From the NCBI GenBank assembly GCA_963755715.1, contig CAVWLW010000051.1, positions 32,001 through 96,000 of the forward strand: DNA of 64,000 bases. The letters are read 5' to 3'. Each line of letters begins with the position of its first letter. Position 1 is the stretch's first letter. The position numbers and the translations under genes were made by a program. The notes under the pieces were generated by a model. The model was not told the origin of the DNA and did no database searches. It saw only the letters and a program-made list of their open reading frames with translations. Shown in pieces: positions 61,097 through 64,000 of this stretch. The stretch comes from an uncultured delta proteobacterium (GTDB taxonomy: Bacteria > Desulfobacterota > Binatia > UBA9968).

Positions 61097-61115
61097 GGGC
61101 GTATGGCATACGCCC
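61093..61115 (+). repeat. GTAG-type REP-like hairpin
   Basis: GTAG followed by GGGCGTAT-GGC-ATACGCCC perfect 8 bp stem; the TAG is the MFS stop codon. Confidence 0.6.
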
Positions 61116-61245
61116 GAGTTGTGTGATTTGACCATCGAGGACGATCGTTCCGTCGTAGATAGATTCCAATTCAGAGCTCGACGCAGTTGTATCCATCCGT
61201 TCGCCTCTCTCTTCGGCAAGCCTCCGTCTTGATTGGTTTAGCGCC

Positions 61246-61262
61246 TGTAACCAGCGGTTACA
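61246..61262. promoter_or_regulatory. Palindromic putative enhancer site
   Basis: TGTAACC-AGC-GGTTACA (TGT-N11-ACA), ~105 bp upstream of a sigma54 motif. Confidence 0.45.
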
Positions 61263-61366
61263 CGCGGTGCAACTCTTGGTTACTCCGCATTCCCCTCGCG
61301 TCCGTCCGAAGATCGGTTTGGGCCGCTAAACCGCACGTTTAGCGAAGCATGCAAGAAAAGATCTCT

Positions 61367-61382
61367 TGGCATCAAGCTTGCT
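61367..61382 (+). promoter_or_regulatory. Sigma54 promoter upstream of the GrpB-family gene
   Basis: TGGCAT-N5-TTGCT. Confidence 0.6.
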
Positions 61383-61444
61383 CATTGCGTAATGCAAGTT
61401 TTCAACTCTGCAGTCTTGATGAGAGACTAAAGGAAAATGCCGGT

Positions 61445-62065
61445 ATGAATCATGACTCGCACGGGTTGTCGTGGCAATTGTCGCCGCGGCAAATGCACGG
61501 AGGATTTACAGGCCAGCCTAGCCCGCGCATGCCGATTGGTCTATATAAGCTGACGGCCGTCGAGTATCTGCCGCATAATTCCGAGTCGCGACGGGTTGCG
61601 CAATCGATCGCCGGACTAATCACTACGCCCGCCAACAACTTGCAAATCGAACACGTCGGGAGCACGGCGGTGCCGGGTTGTTGGGGGAAAGGCATTATTG
61701 ATTTGCTGGTCGCGTACCCGACAGGCGGTCTGAAGTCGGCACGGCAGGCTCTCGACCGCATCGGATTTCAACGTCAAGGTGGTCCGACACCCTTTCCCGA
61801 GTCGCGTCCAATGCGAGTCGGAAGCTTCGCACACTTCGGCCGCAGCTATCGGATTCACGCTCACGTGATGGAATCCGGCAGTGCGGAGGCGCATGATCTG
61901 ATACGCTTTCGCGATCTGCTGCGTCAAGACATCGATTTGCGGCGCGCTTATGAGGCGGAAAAGCGGGCGATACTCGCGCGCGGCATTACCAAGGGCAACG
62001 AATACTCCGAGGCCAAGGGCGAGTTCATTCGGCGCGCGCTCGGCAATCGCCCAAAACGTTTGTGA
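61445..62065 (+). CDS. GrpB family nucleotidyltransferase-fold protein
   Basis: IEHVGSTAVPG..K-IIDL, IHAH, FRDLLR..Y-AEK, Y-AK-EFI. Confidence 0.85.
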   Translation: MNHDSHGLSWQLSPRQMHGGFTGQPSPRMPIGLYKLTAVEYLPHNSESRRVAQSIAGLITTPANNLQIEHVGSTAVPGCWGKGIIDLLVAYPTGGLKSARQALDRIGFQRQGGPTPFPESRPMRVGSFAHFGRSYRIHAHVMESGSAEAHDLIRFRDLLRQDIDLRRAYEAEKRAILARGITKGNEYSEAKGEFIRRALGNRPKRL

Positions 62066-62094
62066 AGCGGCTTATCTTATGCCTATAAAACAGA

Positions 62095-63306
62095 GTGCCT
62101 TTTTCTAAACTAGGTCTTTCACCTAAAGTGCTCGACGGCGTCGGCGCCGCCGGCTATACCGATCCGACACCGATTCAATTGCGCGCGATTCCCCTGATCC
62201 TGGCGGGCCGCGACGTGATCGGCTCGGCTCAGACCGGCACGGGAAAAACCGCCGCGTTCGCGTTGCCGCTGCTCTCGCGTTTGGGCCAACGCGGCAAGCT
62301 GCGCGCGCTGGTGCTCGAACCGACGCGCGAGCTCGCGGCGCAGGTCGAAACCGCCATGCGCGACTATGGGCGCTTTACCGACTTACGTACGGCCGTAATA
62401 TTCGGTGGCACCGGTTATGGACGGCAGGACCAGGCGCTCCGACAGGGCGTCGACATCGTGGTTGCGACTCCCGGCCGGCTGCTCGATCAAATGCAGCGCC
62501 GCATGTTGCGGCTCGACCAGATCGAAATCTTGGTTTTGGACGAAGCGGATCGAATGTTGGACATGGGCTTTATGCCGGATGTGCGCAAGATCGTCGAACG
62601 CTGTCCGCGCAATCGCCAGACGATGCTGTTTTCGGCAACGATACCGCCGGAGCTCGAGCAGCTGTGCCGATGGGCGTTGCGCAATCCGGAAACGATCGAA
62701 ATCGGCCGGCGCGCGGCGCTGGCCGAGACGGTGACGCACGCATTATATCCGGTGGACGTCGGCCAGAAACAAGAACTGCTGGAAGAATTGCTGCGGCGCA
62801 CCGACTACGATCAGGTGCTGATTTTCTGCCGCACGAAAAACGGGGCCGACCGCGTCGCGCGCAAGTTGCATCAGCAGAGCCACGCGGTGGCGGTGCTGCA
62901 CTCGAGCCGCACGCAGCGCGAGCGCGAAAGCGCGCTTAGCGGATTTCGCAACGGCAGATACGAAGTCATGGTCGCCACCGATATCGCCGCGCGCGGCATC
63001 GACGTCGAGCAAATCAGCCACGTGATCAATTTCGACGTGCCGCATCACCCGGAAGATTACGTCCACCGCATCGGTCGCACGGGGCGCGCCCAGAACGTCG
63101 GTGACGCATTTACGATCATGACGGCCGAAGACCTGCAGGAGGTTTCTTCGATCGAGCACTTCATCGGCCAGAAAATTCCACGGGTCAAGTTGGAAGGATT
63201 CAATTACGCTTATTGCCGCCTGCTCGATCCCAATCCGAAACCCGTATTCGGCGGCGGCCGCTCGGCGGGTAAAAGGTCCTACGGTCCCGGTCGGGGACGA
63301 TGGTAG
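62095..63306 (+). CDS. DEAD-box RNA helicase (RhlE-like)
   Basis: PTPIQ, AQTGTGKT, PTRELA, TPGRL, DEAD, SAT, ARGID, HRIGRTGRA. Confidence 0.96.
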   Translation: MPFSKLGLSPKVLDGVGAAGYTDPTPIQLRAIPLILAGRDVIGSAQTGTGKTAAFALPLLSRLGQRGKLRALVLEPTRELAAQVETAMRDYGRFTDLRTAVIFGGTGYGRQDQALRQGVDIVVATPGRLLDQMQRRMLRLDQIEILVLDEADRMLDMGFMPDVRKIVERCPRNRQTMLFSATIPPELEQLCRWALRNPETIEIGRRAALAETVTHALYPVDVGQKQELLEELLRRTDYDQVLIFCRTKNGADRVARKLHQQSHAVAVLHSSRTQRERESALSGFRNGRYEVMVATDIAARGIDVEQISHVINFDVPHHPEDYVHRIGRTGRAQNVGDAFTIMTAEDLQEVSSIEHFIGQKIPRVKLEGFNYAYCRLLDPNPKPVFGGGRSAGKRSYGPGRGRW

Positions 63307-63490
63307 CGGCCAAGTGGCGGCTGTCTTTCAACGCATTCTCATTTGCTTTGATCATTCGCCAACTCGCTGACCCGCTCTCTTAGGATGGTGAGACAGGGTC
63401 GGTTTCGAGCCGAGTCATTTAATTCGTTCTCAAGTTTGGTAAAATTTCCGCGGTGTCTCGACCGAGACTCGCTTCGATCGTGCAGCTGCA

Positions 63491-63916
63491 ATGAATCAAA
63501 CCTTTGATGTACGGGCTTTTGTTCAGGCCGCGGCGGATGCGATCATCGCCGCCGGCGCGGACGGGAAAATTCTTTATTGGAATGACGCGGCGACCCGGAT
63601 CTTCGGTTTCACCGCGGCGGAAGCGCTCGGCCAATCCCTCGATCTGATTATCCCCGAGCGCTTCCGCGCGCGCCACTGGAACGGTTATCGCGAGGTCATG
63701 GCGACGGGAAAAACCAAATACCAATCCGATGTGCTGCGCGTGCCGGCACAGCACCGGGACGGCCGTGCGCTGTCGATCGCGTTTACCGTTAGCTTGCTTG
63801 AGCCTGAAGACGGCGAGCGCGTAATCGCCGCCATCGTGCGCGATGAAACCGGGAGATGGAACGAGGAGCGTGAGCTCAAGCGGCGTCTTGCCGAGCTGGA
63901 GCAAAGTCTAAAGTAA
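63491..63916 (+). CDS. Stand-alone PAS domain protein
   Basis: DAII-AD-G-I-YWN-AA-RIFG..EALGQSLDLIIP; RD at the PAC end followed by a coiled coil. Confidence 0.87.
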   Translation: MNQTFDVRAFVQAAADAIIAAGADGKILYWNDAATRIFGFTAAEALGQSLDLIIPERFRARHWNGYREVMATGKTKYQSDVLRVPAQHRDGRALSIAFTVSLLEPEDGERVIAAIVRDETGRWNEERELKRRLAELEQSLK

Positions 63917-64000
63917 AAGCCGCGACGATTCGCCGTCCCAACTTTCCACACCTTTCCACGCGCGCCAGTGAGATTCGTGTGACAAAGCACTCACTTGTGC

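Noticed and set aside
63970-63990. CRP-like site
   Set aside because: The half-sites are 8 bp apart instead of 6, and the site lies at the window edge.

Overview
A 64 kb, moderately GC-rich, gene-dense bacterial window with about 67 CDS. I found no rRNA, tRNA, CRISPR array, transposase or integrase. The gene content (orphan NMT1/THI5-type binding proteins, a D-aminoacylase-like amidohydrolase, UbiD, sigma54 promoters, short-period palindromic intergenic elements) suggests a 'Deltaproteobacteria'/Ca. Binatia-like genome; this is inference, not proof. About 11 otherwise intact genes are split by a single frameshift, almost all explained by one extra base, so they are most likely read or assembly errors rather than pseudogenes. 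The best candidate for an undescribed system is a co-oriented locus at about 19.5-28.8 kb. It encodes three heme-oxygenase-like diiron (HDO, CADD/PqqC/TenA fold) proteins, two of them tandem paralogues. It also encodes a His-rich EutA-like ASKHA ATPase with no eutBC in the window, a bicupin, a DHDPS-family aldolase, a PhtD-like protein and two orphan binding proteins. Other highlights are a three-subunit thiocyanate-hydrolase-like Co enzyme, a class III cyclase fused to a Zn ribbon and a MerC/MerT-like membrane domain, and a shared ECF-type promoter motif in front of three envelope/redox operons.
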